NCBI GenBank assembly: GCA_965213625.1
Contig: CBDBZU010000004.1
Span: 2,272,001 to 2,336,000, forward strand
Reading direction: 5' to 3'
Source: a bacterium
Lineage (GTDB): Bacteria > UBA8248
DNA length: 64,000 bases
Positions 10,913-20,347 of the stretch are shown one piece after another. The notes beneath the pieces were generated by a model. The model was not told the DNA's origin, did not search any database, and saw only the letters and a list, made by a program, of their open reading frames with translations. Each line of letters begins with the position of its first letter. The first letter of the stretch is position 1. The position numbers and the translations under genes are program-made.

Positions 10913-12061
10913 ATGAGTGATACGACGTTTTTTACACTGGATCAGGAGCCGCCGTGTAGCGCGAGAATCGCGGTTGTCGGCGTAGGAGGCGGCGGCGGAA
11001 ATGCCGTCAACACCATGATCTCCGCGGGCATGGAGGGCGTTCATTTCGTTGCTGCAAACACGGACGCCCAGGTATTGGAGCGCTCTCTGGCGTCCGAGAA
11101 AATCCAACTCGGCCAGGAGTTGACGAACGGACTGGGAGCCGGCGGTAACCCCGATGTCGGTCGGAAAGCCGCCCTGGAAGACACCGAAAGTCTCTCAGAA
11201 TTCATGCAAAACCTGGAGATGGTGTTCGTCACTGCCGGCATGGGCGGTGGCACGGGTACGGGAGCCGCTCCCGTCATCGCGCGAATCGCGAAAGAGGCGG
11301 GCGTGCTGACGGTGGGCGTCGTCACCAAGCCGTTCGACTTCGAGGGGCCACGCCGGATGAATCAGGCCGACGAGGGCATCGGAGAGCTGCGCGACGCCGT
11401 GAATACGCTGATCACCATCCCCAACCAGCGTCTGCTGGGCATGGTCGAGCGTTCCACACCGATGATGGAGGCTTTCCAGAAAGCGAACAACGTCTTGTTG
11501 CAGGCGTGTAAGGGAATTGCCGATCTCATCACCACGCCCGGCCTGATCAATCTCGATTTCGCCGACGTGCGCACCATCATGCGCGACATGGGCGGTAAGG
11601 CGCTCATGGGCAGCGGCACGGGCCAAGGCGAGAATCGCGCCGTCATCGCCGCGCAAAACGCCATCAACTCACCGTTGCTCGAGGAAGGGACCATCGAGGG
11701 CTCCCGGGGCGTGCTCATCAACATCACCGGCGGTCAGGATCTCTCGCTATACGAGGTGAACGAGGCATGCAGGCTCGTGCATGAGAAAGCGCACCAGGAA
11801 GCCAACATCATTTTCGGTTCGGTGATTGACCCGAACCTGGACAACCAGATTCGCGTGACGGTAATCGCGACGGGCTTTGGACGGGAGTCTATCCGCGAAG
11901 TCCCCCCCCTGGAATCGGAAGCCACGGGCACCGAGGGCGGAAAAATATCGGTACCCGCGTATATCCGCCTGAAAAACACAAAGACGCCATCCGGTGTCCC
12001 GGATAATCTGGAGGATGACGATCTGGACGTGCCCACTTTCCTGCGCAAGCAGGTTGACTAA
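10913..12061 (+). CDS. ftsZ: Cell division protein FtsZ
   Basis: GVGGGGGNAV, GMGGGTGTG tubulin signature, NLDFADV, C-terminal DVPTFLRKQ. Confidence 0.98.
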   Translation: MSDTTFFTLDQEPPCSARIAVVGVGGGGGNAVNTMISAGMEGVHFVAANTDAQVLERSLASEKIQLGQELTNGLGAGGNPDVGRKAALEDTESLSEFMQNLEMVFVTAGMGGGTGTGAAPVIARIAKEAGVLTVGVVTKPFDFEGPRRMNQADEGIGELRDAVNTLITIPNQRLLGMVERSTPMMEAFQKANNVLLQACKGIADLITTPGLINLDFADVRTIMRDMGGKALMGSGTGQGENRAVIAAQNAINSPLLEEGTIEGSRGVLINITGGQDLSLYEVNEACRLVHEKAHQEANIIFGSVIDPNLDNQIRVTVIATGFGRESIREVPPLESEATGTEGGKISVPAYIRLKNTKTPSGVPDNLEDDDLDVPTFLRKQVD

Positions 12062-12070
12062 CCCCCCCCA

Positions 12071-12152
12071 CGTCGTCTGGCGGAGGGTGCCTCCCTCGCG
12101 CCAGACGACGCATTCCCCATGGACGCGACTGGGGGAGAGCATTCTCCCCCAG
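12071..12152. repeat. Two adjacent GC-rich hairpins after ftsZ
   Basis: CGTCGTCTGGCG...CGCCAGACGACG (12071-12110) and CTGGGGGAGA-GCAT-TCTCCCCCAG (12129-12152); no clear U-tract. Confidence 0.6.
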
Positions 12153-12280
12153 CCCCGCCTTTCTCGAGAGCACAGGCCTGTTTCTTGTGGCGTCATGGTC
12201 CTCTCTTTATAATGAGAGCGGAGCCAGGGAGTTTATGCAGAGGTGTTCGATGATTTCTCGTTGTCCGGAATGGGTTGCGA

Positions 12281-13078
12281 ATGAGTTCTTTGGAATGCCA
12301 CGAATCCGGCGGCGTTGAATTTTTCAGATCACCCTTGCTGGAAGAACCCGGTTTCGCGCGTCATGGGTTCAGCACCCGAAGGGGAGGGGTGAGCGAGGGC
12401 CGATTCCGTTCCCTCAACCTCGGGCGCGCCAAGGGTGAAGCTCCCGAAAACGTAGCGGAAAACAGAAGACGCTTCTTTGAGGCCACCGATTTTACGGCGG
12501 GACGCCTGGTGGAAGTAAAACAGGTGCACGGGCGCGACGTTCTCGTGGCCGAGCGCGTATCCCCTGGTGAAAAAGCGTGCGGCGACGCCCTGATCACAAA
12601 CGTCTCCGGCTTAGGCGTAGCGGTCCAGACGGCGGATTGCATTCCCGTGCTCATCGCAGACGCGCGGAAAACGGCCGTTGCCGTCGTGCATGCGGGACGC
12701 AAGGGGGTGGCCGGCGGCGTTTTGTCCGTGACCATCGAGCGGATGCGGGAGGAATACGGCTGCGATCCCAGGGATATGCGTGCCGCTATGGGTCCCGCCA
12801 TTTCCGGGAATCGCTACGAGGTGGGCGAGGAGTGCCTGCCGCCATTTCGCGAACGGCACCGGAACTGGAGAGAATTCGCCACGCCCCTGGGGCGGGACAA
12901 GTGGCTGCTGGACCTCCCCCTGGCGGCGAGGCTACAGTTGGCCTCGGCGGGGATTCCCGAAGACCGGATTGGCGCGCCGGGGCCTTGCACGTTTTCTGAG
13001 TCATCGAAGTTTTTCTCCTACCGCCGCGACGGGCCTCAGACGGGGCGACTGTTGTCGGTCGTCTGGATAGGAGCATGA
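12281..13078 (+). CDS. pgeF: Peptidoglycan editing factor / YfiH family
   Basis: FSTRRGGVS, SLNL, QVHG, TADCIPV, HAG, GPAI, FFSYRR; follows ftsZ. Confidence 0.92.
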   Translation: MSSLECHESGGVEFFRSPLLEEPGFARHGFSTRRGGVSEGRFRSLNLGRAKGEAPENVAENRRRFFEATDFTAGRLVEVKQVHGRDVLVAERVSPGEKACGDALITNVSGLGVAVQTADCIPVLIADARKTAVAVVHAGRKGVAGGVLSVTIERMREEYGCDPRDMRAAMGPAISGNRYEVGEECLPPFRERHRNWREFATPLGRDKWLLDLPLAARLQLASAGIPEDRIGAPGPCTFSESSKFFSYRRDGPQTGRLLSVVWIGA

Positions 13079-13791
13079 GGAATACGGTGAGTGAAGTTGG
13101 GCAGCGATACGAGATGGTAAAAGGGCGCGTGGCGGATGCGGCCATCGCCTGTGGCCGGAATCCGGATGAAATTCGCCTATTGGCCGTAAGCAAGACCCAG
13201 CCTCCCGAACGCGTGGTCGAAGCCATCGAGGCGGGCGTCGACATCATCGGGGAGAACCGGGTGCAGGAAGCCCAGCGCAAGAGGGACGAAATCGACCCGG
13301 AAATCGCGGGCAGGGCGAGATGGCACCTCATCGGCAGCCTGCAAAGGAACAAGGCCCGCGCCGTGCCCGGACTGTTCAACGTGGTGGAATCGCTCGATTC
13401 CCTCGCCCTGGCGCGCGAGTTGAACAAGCGCGCCGATAGCGCGGGGGAAGGCCCCCTGGACGTGTTCATACAGGTCAATACCGGGGAAGAAGCCCAGAAG
13501 GGAGGGGTTGCCCCGGCGGATGTGATGACGCTCATACAAGAGGCGTCTGCCCTGGAAGCCCTGCGGATGGTCGGCTTGATGTGCATCCCTCCGCTGGGCC
13601 GGGAGGCGGAGGAGAGTCGCCCCCATTTCGAGTGTTTAAGAAGATTGAGGGATGAAGCCCAGGACGCCGGCTTCGCCCACGTCAAAGAGTTGTCGATGGG
13701 AATGTCGAACGACTTTGAAATTGCGATAACCGAGGGAGCGACGCTCGTCCGCATCGGCACGGCCATATTCGGGCCGAGAGAAACGAACTGA
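13075..13791 (+). CDS. yggS: PLP homeostasis protein (YggS/PLPBP)
   Basis: AVSKT, GENRVQE, WHLIGSLQRNK, LSMGMSNDF, VRIGTAIFG. Confidence 0.95.
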   Translation: MRNTVSEVGQRYEMVKGRVADAAIACGRNPDEIRLLAVSKTQPPERVVEAIEAGVDIIGENRVQEAQRKRDEIDPEIAGRARWHLIGSLQRNKARAVPGLFNVVESLDSLALARELNKRADSAGEGPLDVFIQVNTGEEAQKGGVAPADVMTLIQEASALEALRMVGLMCIPPLGREAEESRPHFECLRRLRDEAQDAGFAHVKELSMGMSNDFEIAITEGATLVRIGTAIFGPRETN

Positions 13792-13884
13792 ACTGAATTT
13801 GAATCAGGTCAATCATTTCAGTAGGATGGGCCAGCCCCGGCGTTCGGGGCGGTTTCGAACCCACACGCGGAAGGTGCTTGGAAT

Positions 13885-14691
13885 ATGGCGGAAATCCTTG
13901 TAGTCGGTGGCGGCAACATGGGCGAGGCGCTCGCCATGGGAATGGTGAATTCCGACTATGCGAAAGTCGAAGACATCGTTATCGCGGAGCCTCTGGCCGA
14001 GCGCGCCGAATATCTCAGGCAAACATCGGGGTTCCGTGTGGTGGCCGATGGGGCGGAGGCGGCTCCCGATGCGCAAAGTGTGGTGATCGCCGTGAAGCCG
14101 CAGGTGCTGGACATCGTTCTTGGTGGACTGAAAGACGCCCTGTCGCACCGCCCGCTCCTGATTTCCGTCGCCGCAGGCGCGCCCACACGCCGGTTTACGG
14201 GAATTTTGGGCGATGAGGCGCGCATCGTCCGCGTCATGCCGAACACGCCCGCTCTTGTTGGGGAAGGCGCCGCGGGGTTGTGCGCCGGTGGAGGGGCGTC
14301 GGAGGCGGATCTATCGCAAGCGAAACAGCTTCTGGAGTCCGTGGGTAAGGCGGTTGTTCTGCCCGAGTCGTTGATGGACGCCGTGACGGGTTTGTCCGGC
14401 AGCGGTCCTGCGTACGTCTTTCAGTTCATCGAAGCTCTGGCCGACGGCGGGGTGAGGGCGGGTCTGCCGCGCGAGGATGCGATGCTGCTGGCGACCCAAA
14501 CCGTTTTGGGCTCCGCAAAGATGCTGCTCGAGACGGGGGAGCACCCGGGCCGCCTGAAGGACATGGTGGCTTCGCCCGGGGGAACGACCATCGCCGGTTT
14601 GCATGCGCTCGAAAACGGGGGGTTGCGCTCCGCCGTGATGAACGCCGTGAACGACGCCGCACGCAGGAGCGAAGAACTGGGACGTGGTTAG
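13885..14691 (+). CDS. proC: Pyrroline-5-carboxylate reductase
   Basis: GGGNMG, AVKPQ, RVMPNTP, GLSGSGPAY, VASPGGTT. Confidence 0.95.
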   Translation: MAEILVVGGGNMGEALAMGMVNSDYAKVEDIVIAEPLAERAEYLRQTSGFRVVADGAEAAPDAQSVVIAVKPQVLDIVLGGLKDALSHRPLLISVAAGAPTRRFTGILGDEARIVRVMPNTPALVGEGAAGLCAGGGASEADLSQAKQLLESVGKAVVLPESLMDAVTGLSGSGPAYVFQFIEALADGGVRAGLPREDAMLLATQTVLGSAKMLLETGEHPGRLKDMVASPGGTTIAGLHALENGGLRSAVMNAVNDAARRSEELGRG

Positions 14692-14718
14692 ACCGTTTTA
14701 TCAAACGAGGGTTCGGCA

Positions 14719-15015
14719 GTGTTCTTGATATCGAATTTCATGAACGGGATCGGCGTTATTCTGAGCTATCTGCTCACCATCTACATCTGGATTATCATCA
14801 TTCGCGCGCTCTTGTCGTGGGTGAATCCCGACCCCTACAACCCGATAGTCCAGATATTGTACCGCCTGACGGAGCCGGTGCTGGCCCCGGTGCGGCACCG
14901 GATGCCGGACATCGGAGGCATCGATGCGAGTCCGATTGTGGTGTTATTGATCATATTCTTTTTGCAAAGTTTTCTGGTACAGAGTATCTTTGACCTGGCA
15001 AGCATGCTGCGTTGA
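14719..15015 (+). CDS. yggT: YggT family membrane protein
   Basis: LLSWVNPDPYNP...LTEPVLAPVR...IDASP. Confidence 0.92.
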   Translation: MFLISNFMNGIGVILSYLLTIYIWIIIIRALLSWVNPDPYNPIVQILYRLTEPVLAPVRHRMPDIGGIDASPIVVLLIIFFLQSFLVQSIFDLASMLR

Positions 15016-15030
15016 TTTTCACCTGGGGGG

Positions 15031-15612
15031 GTGAGGATGAAGTTTACCGGCAATGACGTCCGGAGCCATAGTTTTTCGAACAAAATGAGGGGCTACGATC
15101 GGCTCGAAGTCGATGCGTTCCTGTTCAAGGTGGCCGACTGGCTGGATCAGTCGGTACGGAAGAACGAACAACTCAGCCTGCAATGCAAGGACCTCTTTGA
15201 GCAGTACAATGGTCTGAGAGAAGAACACGCTAATCTCCAGAAAATCCTCATCTCCGTGAACGAACTCAGGGACCAGGCCACGGCCAAGTCCGGTGAATTG
15301 GTGGAAAAAGCGGAAACCGACGCCGAGGGACTCATCAAAGAAGCCGAAGCCGAGGCCGAGAAGATTCGCGCGAAAGCCGAAAAGGATATTGAAAAACTGC
15401 GCGAGGAGATCGAGAGTTTAACGGAGCGGAGGGAGACACTGCTCATGGAAATGTACGAGACGTTCCTCTCCCAGATTCAGGTACTCGAAGTCCAAGGTGT
15501 CCGCATGGGAGTCGACCTCGCCCGCCTCCATGAGGAAAGCGAAGAGGACCCTGACGAAGAAACCGAAAACGTCATCAAGCTGAACCAAAAAGCGGAGGGC
15601 GATGCGTCGTGA
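15031..15612 (+). CDS. divIVA: DivIVA domain coiled-coil protein
   Basis: N-terminal F..KMRGYDRLEVDAFL motif followed by long coiled coil; ylm-cluster position. Confidence 0.85.
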   Translation: MRMKFTGNDVRSHSFSNKMRGYDRLEVDAFLFKVADWLDQSVRKNEQLSLQCKDLFEQYNGLREEHANLQKILISVNELRDQATAKSGELVEKAETDAEGLIKEAEAEAEKIRAKAEKDIEKLREEIESLTERRETLLMEMYETFLSQIQVLEVQGVRMGVDLARLHEESEEDPDEETENVIKLNQKAEGDAS

Positions 15613-15902
15613 TCGGCCTCCGCGAGGAGGCGGACGGCGTCAGCTTTGAGGTTCGGGTCCAACCGCGCTCATCCAAAACGGAAATCACCGGAGTTCAAGA
15701 CGGCGCCCTGAGGGTGCGGCTGACGGCGCCGCCCGTGGACGGAGCCGCCAACAAGCAGTGCATCGAGTTGCTCTCCCGTAAAATGAAGATACCGAAGCGC
15801 GACATACGCATCGCCTCGGGCGCGGGCGCGCGCAGGAAGCGCCTGAAAGTCTTTGGCATGGGCATCGAAGAGGCGAAGAATATTCTGAGGGCCATGGCGT
15901 AA
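15609..15902 (+). CDS. yggU: DUF167/UPF0235 protein
   Basis: VRVQPRSSK, APPVDGAAN, I.SG...R.K. Confidence 0.9.
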   Translation: MIGLREEADGVSFEVRVQPRSSKTEITGVQDGALRVRLTAPPVDGAANKQCIELLSRKMKIPKRDIRIASGAGARRKRLKVFGMGIEEAKNILRAMA

Positions 15903-15925
15903 GTAGCCACGCGTTCGCACGAAGC

Positions 15926-17002
15926 ATGAACGAGAGAATCCGAATGGGCGGAACGAAAGAAATTGAGGGAAATTTTCACAGCATAGCGTTTCGAGGGGGC
16001 GCGCTCGTTCTTCTCGATCAGCGGAAACTGCCCCGCGAAGAGGTGTATCTCGAATGCCGCACGGAAAAGGAAGTGGCCGAGGCGGTCAAGACCATGGTGG
16101 TGCGCGGCGCGCCCGCCATCGGGATAGCGGCTGCTTATGGCATCGCCCTGGCCGCCGCCCGCCACGCGGGTTCAGGCGACGATGCGCAGCGCGAGGCGCT
16201 CGAGCGGGCGGCCCGGACCCTGGGCGCCACGCGCCCCACGGCGGTCAATCTCTTCTGGGCGATTGAAAAAATGATGGCGCACGTCGACGAAAGCGACTCG
16301 GCGCCCGAAGCGCTGGCCGAAGAACTCCTCCGCCTGGCGAAGGAAATGCACGAGGAGGACGTGGAAAATTGCCGCCGGATAGGCGACTTGGGCGCAGTTC
16401 TATTGCCGGAGGGGAGCAGCGTCCTCACCCACTGCAACGCAGGCGCGCTTGCGACCGCCGGCTACGGCACGGCGGGCGGCGTGATACGCAGCGGCTTCCG
16501 GGACGGACGGGTGCGGGAGGTGTTCGTGGACGAGACGAGACCCTTCCTGCAGGGCGCGCGCCTCACCGCCTGGGAGTTGAGCCGCGACGGCATTCCGGTC
16601 GTGCTCATCACCGACAACATGGCCGCGCATTGCATGAGCCTGGGGAGAATCGACGCTATAGTGGTAGGCGCGGACCGCGTGGCCGCAAATGGGGACGTCG
16701 CCAATAAAATCGGAACCTATGGCCTCGCGGTGCTCGCCAGGGAGCACGGGGTGCCCTTTTATGTGGCGGCGCCGACGAGCACCGTCGACATGGAGGCGAA
16801 AAGCGGCGCGGACATACCCATCGAGGAGCGGCCCGAGGAGGAAGTTCGCTCCTTCGGCGGCCAACCCGTCGCGCCCGAGGGGGTAAGCGTTTTCAACCCC
16901 GCTTTCGACGTGACGCCCGCGCGTTTCGTGGACGCCCTCGTGACGGAGCGGGGGGTGGTGCGCCTCGCAGAAGGGGAGACTCTCGACTCGATACCGGGTT
17001 GA
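15926..17002 (+). CDS. mtnA: S-methyl-5-thioribose-1-phosphate isomerase
   Basis: LLDQRKLP, VRGAPAIG, RPTAVNL, LTHCNAGALAT, ETRP.LQGARLT, ANKIGT, NPAFDVT. Confidence 0.96.
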   Translation: MNERIRMGGTKEIEGNFHSIAFRGGALVLLDQRKLPREEVYLECRTEKEVAEAVKTMVVRGAPAIGIAAAYGIALAAARHAGSGDDAQREALERAARTLGATRPTAVNLFWAIEKMMAHVDESDSAPEALAEELLRLAKEMHEEDVENCRRIGDLGAVLLPEGSSVLTHCNAGALATAGYGTAGGVIRSGFRDGRVREVFVDETRPFLQGARLTAWELSRDGIPVVLITDNMAAHCMSLGRIDAIVVGADRVAANGDVANKIGTYGLAVLAREHGVPFYVAAPTSTVDMEAKSGADIPIEERPEEEVRSFGGQPVAPEGVSVFNPAFDVTPARFVDALVTERGVVRLAEGETLDSIPG

Positions 17003-17064
17003 GCGGTATTCAGTGCAACGGAAGTCAGGTTTGCCGTTTCAAGGCGAGATGTAGACTGCTCGTG

Positions 17065-17094
17065 TTGACTTCCGGCACGCGTGCGGGCTATAAA
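17065..17094 (+). promoter_or_regulatory. Sigma70-type promoter for tRNA-Asp
   Basis: TTGACT (17065-17070), 18-bp spacer, TATAAA (17089-17094), 40 bp upstream of the tRNA. Confidence 0.65.
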
Positions 17095-17133
17095 CCGACA
17101 TTCTTCGGGCGGCTTTGAAGAGCTTTTTTCATG

Positions 17134-17211
17134 GGGGCTGTAGCGAAGTTTGGTTATCGCGCTGGCCTGTCAAGCCAGAGATCGCGGGTTCGAGTCCCGT
17201 CAGCCCCGCCA
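17134..17211 (+). tRNA. tRNA-Asp (GTC)
   Basis: Acceptor GGGGCTG/CAGCCCC, anticodon arm CTGGC-CTGTCAA-GCCAG, T-loop TTCGAGT, discriminator G plus encoded CCA. Confidence 0.97.
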
Positions 17212-17524
17212 CCTTCAACTCCGCTCAGAATCTTCGCCTTTCAAGACTATACAGGCGAATATGCCGCTCATTCTCATGCCGACGTCAGAATTCGGGCGAG
17301 CTTTGGTTTTCGGCGGGGTGTTGGTGTATAGTAAATTTTAATGTATTCAATTTATTTTATTGATAGATGAATTTTCGCTTTCCTACATCATAAGCGAATC
17401 TCTCATGATTTACCGGCGTATGGTTTGATCTGTGTCGATGGTATGTCGACGCCGTAAAGCTTTGCGTCTTTTTGCAACTCCTTGGGTCGTCTCAAGGAAG
17501 TCTTCTATTTCGAGGAGAAACGGA

Positions 17525-18514
17525 ATGAAAAGGTTTGTTGGTTTCGCACTGGCCGCCGCGTTCGTAGTGGGTACGTTCGTGGTGGTCGCACCGGCCGAAT
17601 CGGCGACGCTGCGAATCGGCGCGCACCGCTCCATGTGGGGTTCTTTCGAGATTATCGCCGACCGCATGGGTTACTGGAAGAAAGAAGGGCTGAAGTACAA
17701 GGTAGGTCACTTCAAGCAGGGCAAACTGATGCGCAACGCCATCATCCAGGACAACCTGGATACAGGCACCACGGGTTTCTCGCCCTTCACCACGGCGATC
17801 TCCAAGGGCGCGCGTGTGACGGCCATCGGCGTGACGGCGAACATCTGTGAAGCCATCAACATCATCGTGCCCGTGAAGTCGAAGGCGAAAAGCCTCAAGG
17901 ACCTCAAAGGCTCGGTGTTCGCCAACAAGAAAGGCACGAGCACGGACTTCTCCTTCCAGGCCTTCGTCCTTCCCGCGTATGGCATGAAAAGCTCCGATTT
18001 TCCGCTCCTGAGCGTCCGCGCCACCGAGCGCATCGCCGCGCTGATCTCCGGCGCCGCCCAGGCGGGCATGGTAGGCGAGCCGCAGGGTGAAATCGCCCGT
18101 GAGGCCGGATACGTCCGCTATCTGGAAAATCTGTGCGCATACGACAACCCGAGCATGATGCACGTGGGCAACCCCCAGACCATGAAGAAACACCCCGACC
18201 TCTACTACAAATACTTCCGGGGCTGGCTGAAGGCCCACAAGTTGCTGAAAGAAGACCCTGCGAAGTACGCCAAGGTCTATACCAAAGCGTTGCTGGAAGT
18301 CGGCGACAAGGCCAAAGAGAGCACCACGCTCAAGGTCGTGAAGAAGATCAAATCCGAGCTTTTCCTGAGCGATCGCGTGAAGAATTACCTGAACAAGATG
18401 GGCGACAAGCAAATCGAGTTCGGCTGGATCAAGAGCCGCCCCGATTTCAGAAAGAGCCCGTGGCTGGATGACTCCATCCTCCGCAAGGCCGCGAAGGACA
18501 TCGGCTTCAACTAG
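17525..18514 (+). CDS. NitT/TauT-type ABC substrate-binding protein, copy 1
   Basis: Signal peptide ending AESA; SLKDLKG..FANKKGTSTD motif typical of SsuA/TauA/THI5-like; AGGAG RBS. Confidence 0.8.
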   Translation: MKRFVGFALAAAFVVGTFVVVAPAESATLRIGAHRSMWGSFEIIADRMGYWKKEGLKYKVGHFKQGKLMRNAIIQDNLDTGTTGFSPFTTAISKGARVTAIGVTANICEAINIIVPVKSKAKSLKDLKGSVFANKKGTSTDFSFQAFVLPAYGMKSSDFPLLSVRATERIAALISGAAQAGMVGEPQGEIAREAGYVRYLENLCAYDNPSMMHVGNPQTMKKHPDLYYKYFRGWLKAHKLLKEDPAKYAKVYTKALLEVGDKAKESTTLKVVKKIKSELFLSDRVKNYLNKMGDKQIEFGWIKSRPDFRKSPWLDDSILRKAAKDIGFN

Positions 18515-18540
18515 GCGACACGTACGCAAGACGCAAAACG

Positions 18541-18579
18541 AAAGCCCCCGGGAGTATCCGATCCCGGGGGCTTTTTTTT
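18541..18579 (+). terminator. Intrinsic terminator
   Basis: AAAGCCCCCGGGA...TCCCGGGGGCTTTTTTTT. Confidence 0.9.
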
Positions 18580-18823
18580 GAATCCTCACTGCATGTTGTA
18601 TTTTTCCCGTAATTTGTATAATAAATATAATATCTACATGAATCTGGAACTTGTTTGGGGCTGAATCTCTCTTTTCACAGTTTGAGAGGGGGGCATCGAA
18701 CCAATGGCGGATGGGTTTCCGGCGTCGGGGATATCCTTGCGCCGCAATCCTTGTGTTTTCCTGTAACGTGTAACGCTTTTGTCTATCCATGGAAGTCTTC
18801 ATTCACTCGAAGGAGGAGCAAGC

Positions 18824-19813
18824 ATGAAAAAACTTGTTGGTTTCATACTGGCCGCCGCGTTCGTAGTGGGTACGTTCGTGGTGGTTGCGCCCGCCGAATC
18901 GGCGACGCTGCGCATCGGCGCGCACCGGGCCCTGATGGGGTCTTTCGAGGTCGTCGCCCACCGCATGGACTACTGGAAGAAAGAGGGCTTAAAGTACACG
19001 ATGAGCCACTTCAAGCAGGGCAAACTGATGCGCAACGCCATCATCCAGGACAACCTGGATACAGGCACCACGGGCTTCTCTCCCTTCACCACGGCGATTT
19101 CCAAAGGCGCCAGGATAACGGCCATCGGGGTGACGGCGAACATCTGCGGCATGGTCGCCATTATCGTGCCCGCGAAATCGAAGGCCAAGAGCCTGAAGGA
19201 CCTCAAGGGTTCGGTGTTCGCCAACAAGAAGGGCACGAGCACGGACTTCGCGTTTCAGTTCTACGTCGTTCCCGCACATGGCCTGAAACGCTCGGATTTC
19301 CCGCTTCTGAGTGTCCGCACCACAGAGCGCATCGCCGCGCTGGTATCCGGCGCCGCCCAGGCGGCCATGGTCGGAGAGCCGCAGGGTGAAATCGCCCGGG
19401 AGCAGGGCCTGATTCGCTATCTCGAGGATCTGTGCAAATACGACAACACGAGAATGATGCACGTGGGCAACCCCCAGACCATCAAGAAGCACCCCGAGCT
19501 CTATTACAAGTACTTCAGGGGCTGGCTGAAGGCGCACCAGTTGCTCAAGAATGACCCCGAGACCTACGCCAAGGTCTACACCAGGGCGCTGCAGGAAGTC
19601 GGCGACAAAGCCAAGGAGAGCACCACTCTCAAGGTCGTTAAAAAGCTCAAGACGGAGGTTTTCCTGAGCGACGAGGTGAAGAAATACCTGAACGACATGG
19701 GCGACAAGCAGATCCAGCTCGGCTGGATCAAGAGCCGCCCCGACTTCACCAAGAGTCCGCACCTGGATGACTCCATCCTCCGCAGGGCCGCGAAGGACAT
19801 CGGCTTCAACTAG
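18824..19813 (+). CDS. NitT/TauT-type ABC substrate-binding protein, copy 2
   Basis: Same 990-bp length and collinear high similarity to 17525-18514; GGAGG RBS. Confidence 0.8.
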   Translation: MKKLVGFILAAAFVVGTFVVVAPAESATLRIGAHRALMGSFEVVAHRMDYWKKEGLKYTMSHFKQGKLMRNAIIQDNLDTGTTGFSPFTTAISKGARITAIGVTANICGMVAIIVPAKSKAKSLKDLKGSVFANKKGTSTDFAFQFYVVPAHGLKRSDFPLLSVRTTERIAALVSGAAQAAMVGEPQGEIAREQGLIRYLEDLCKYDNTRMMHVGNPQTIKKHPELYYKYFRGWLKAHQLLKNDPETYAKVYTRALQEVGDKAKESTTLKVVKKLKTEVFLSDEVKKYLNDMGDKQIQLGWIKSRPDFTKSPHLDDSILRRAAKDIGFN

Positions 19814-19832
19814 GCGGACAGACAAGACGCAA

Positions 19833-19872
19833 CAGAAAACCCCCGGGGGCGCGAGGCCCCGGGGGTTTCTTG
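19833..19872 (+). terminator. Intrinsic terminator
   Basis: AAACCCCCGGGG-loop-CCCCGGGGGTTTCTT. Confidence 0.8.
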
Positions 19873-19903
19873 TTGCCGGAGCCGGGTGATCACGCCCTGG
19901 AGC

Positions 19904-20046
19904 GGGTTGTTGAAAACGCCTTCCTCGGTCGGGGTCGCGGTATTGGCAGCAGGGAGGACAGGTCGTGACCTGTCCCTACGGGGTCGCCTCCCGCCGTCAT
20001 TCCGGCAGTGCCCGATTCCGAGTGAGGAGAGGTGTTTCAACAACCC
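19904..20046. mobile_element. Putative MITE with IS1182-like terminal inverted repeats
   Basis: GGGTTGTTGAAA (19904-19915) / TTTCAACAACCC (20035-20046) perfect 12-bp IR resembling the IS ends at 32354 and 33873; no transposase inside. Confidence 0.55.
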
Positions 20047-20187
20047 CATGTAGAGGGTTTGTAGGGAGAGGCCCCCGTGCCTGTCCGAGGCTCCCGGACC
20101 TGTTCTTGCAATGCGCAACCACGGAGATGGAAATATCCAATACGGGCGTCCATAGAGGTTCAGGGCGGCCACGGGGGCTACCCCTAC
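19956..20187. repeat. GTAG-type REP palindrome cluster
   Basis: GGACAGGTCGTGACCTGTCCCTAC (19956-19979), GTAGGGAGAGGCCCCCGTGCCTGTCC (20061-20086) and inverted partner ending CCCCTAC (20163-20187). Confidence 0.7.
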
Positions 20188-20285
20188 GGAGTCCCCCTCT
20201 GCCTTTTGAAACCAGTCCCCCTCAGGGGGCTATTTCCTGCATCTGTAGGTAGACGGCGCGTGCAGGACTCATCCTTCCGAGACAT

Positions 20286-20318
20286 AAAAAAACCGGGCGC
20301 GACTCTCGCCGCGCCCGG
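20286..20318 (-). terminator. Intrinsic terminator of the ABC ATPase-permease operon
   Basis: Minus strand CCGGGCGCG...CGCGCCCGG followed by T7. Confidence 0.85.
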
Positions 20319-20347
20319 CTGTTAAACGTTTGTCGTTATTGGCTTGA

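Noticed and set aside
13825-13870. T-loop-like GGTTTCGAACCC and small hairpin before proC
   Set aside because: No cloverleaf, acceptor stem or T-box features
17212-17520. Integrative element at tRNA-Asp
   Set aside because: AT-rich spacer and accessory genes follow, but I found no integrase or duplicated tRNA 3' end
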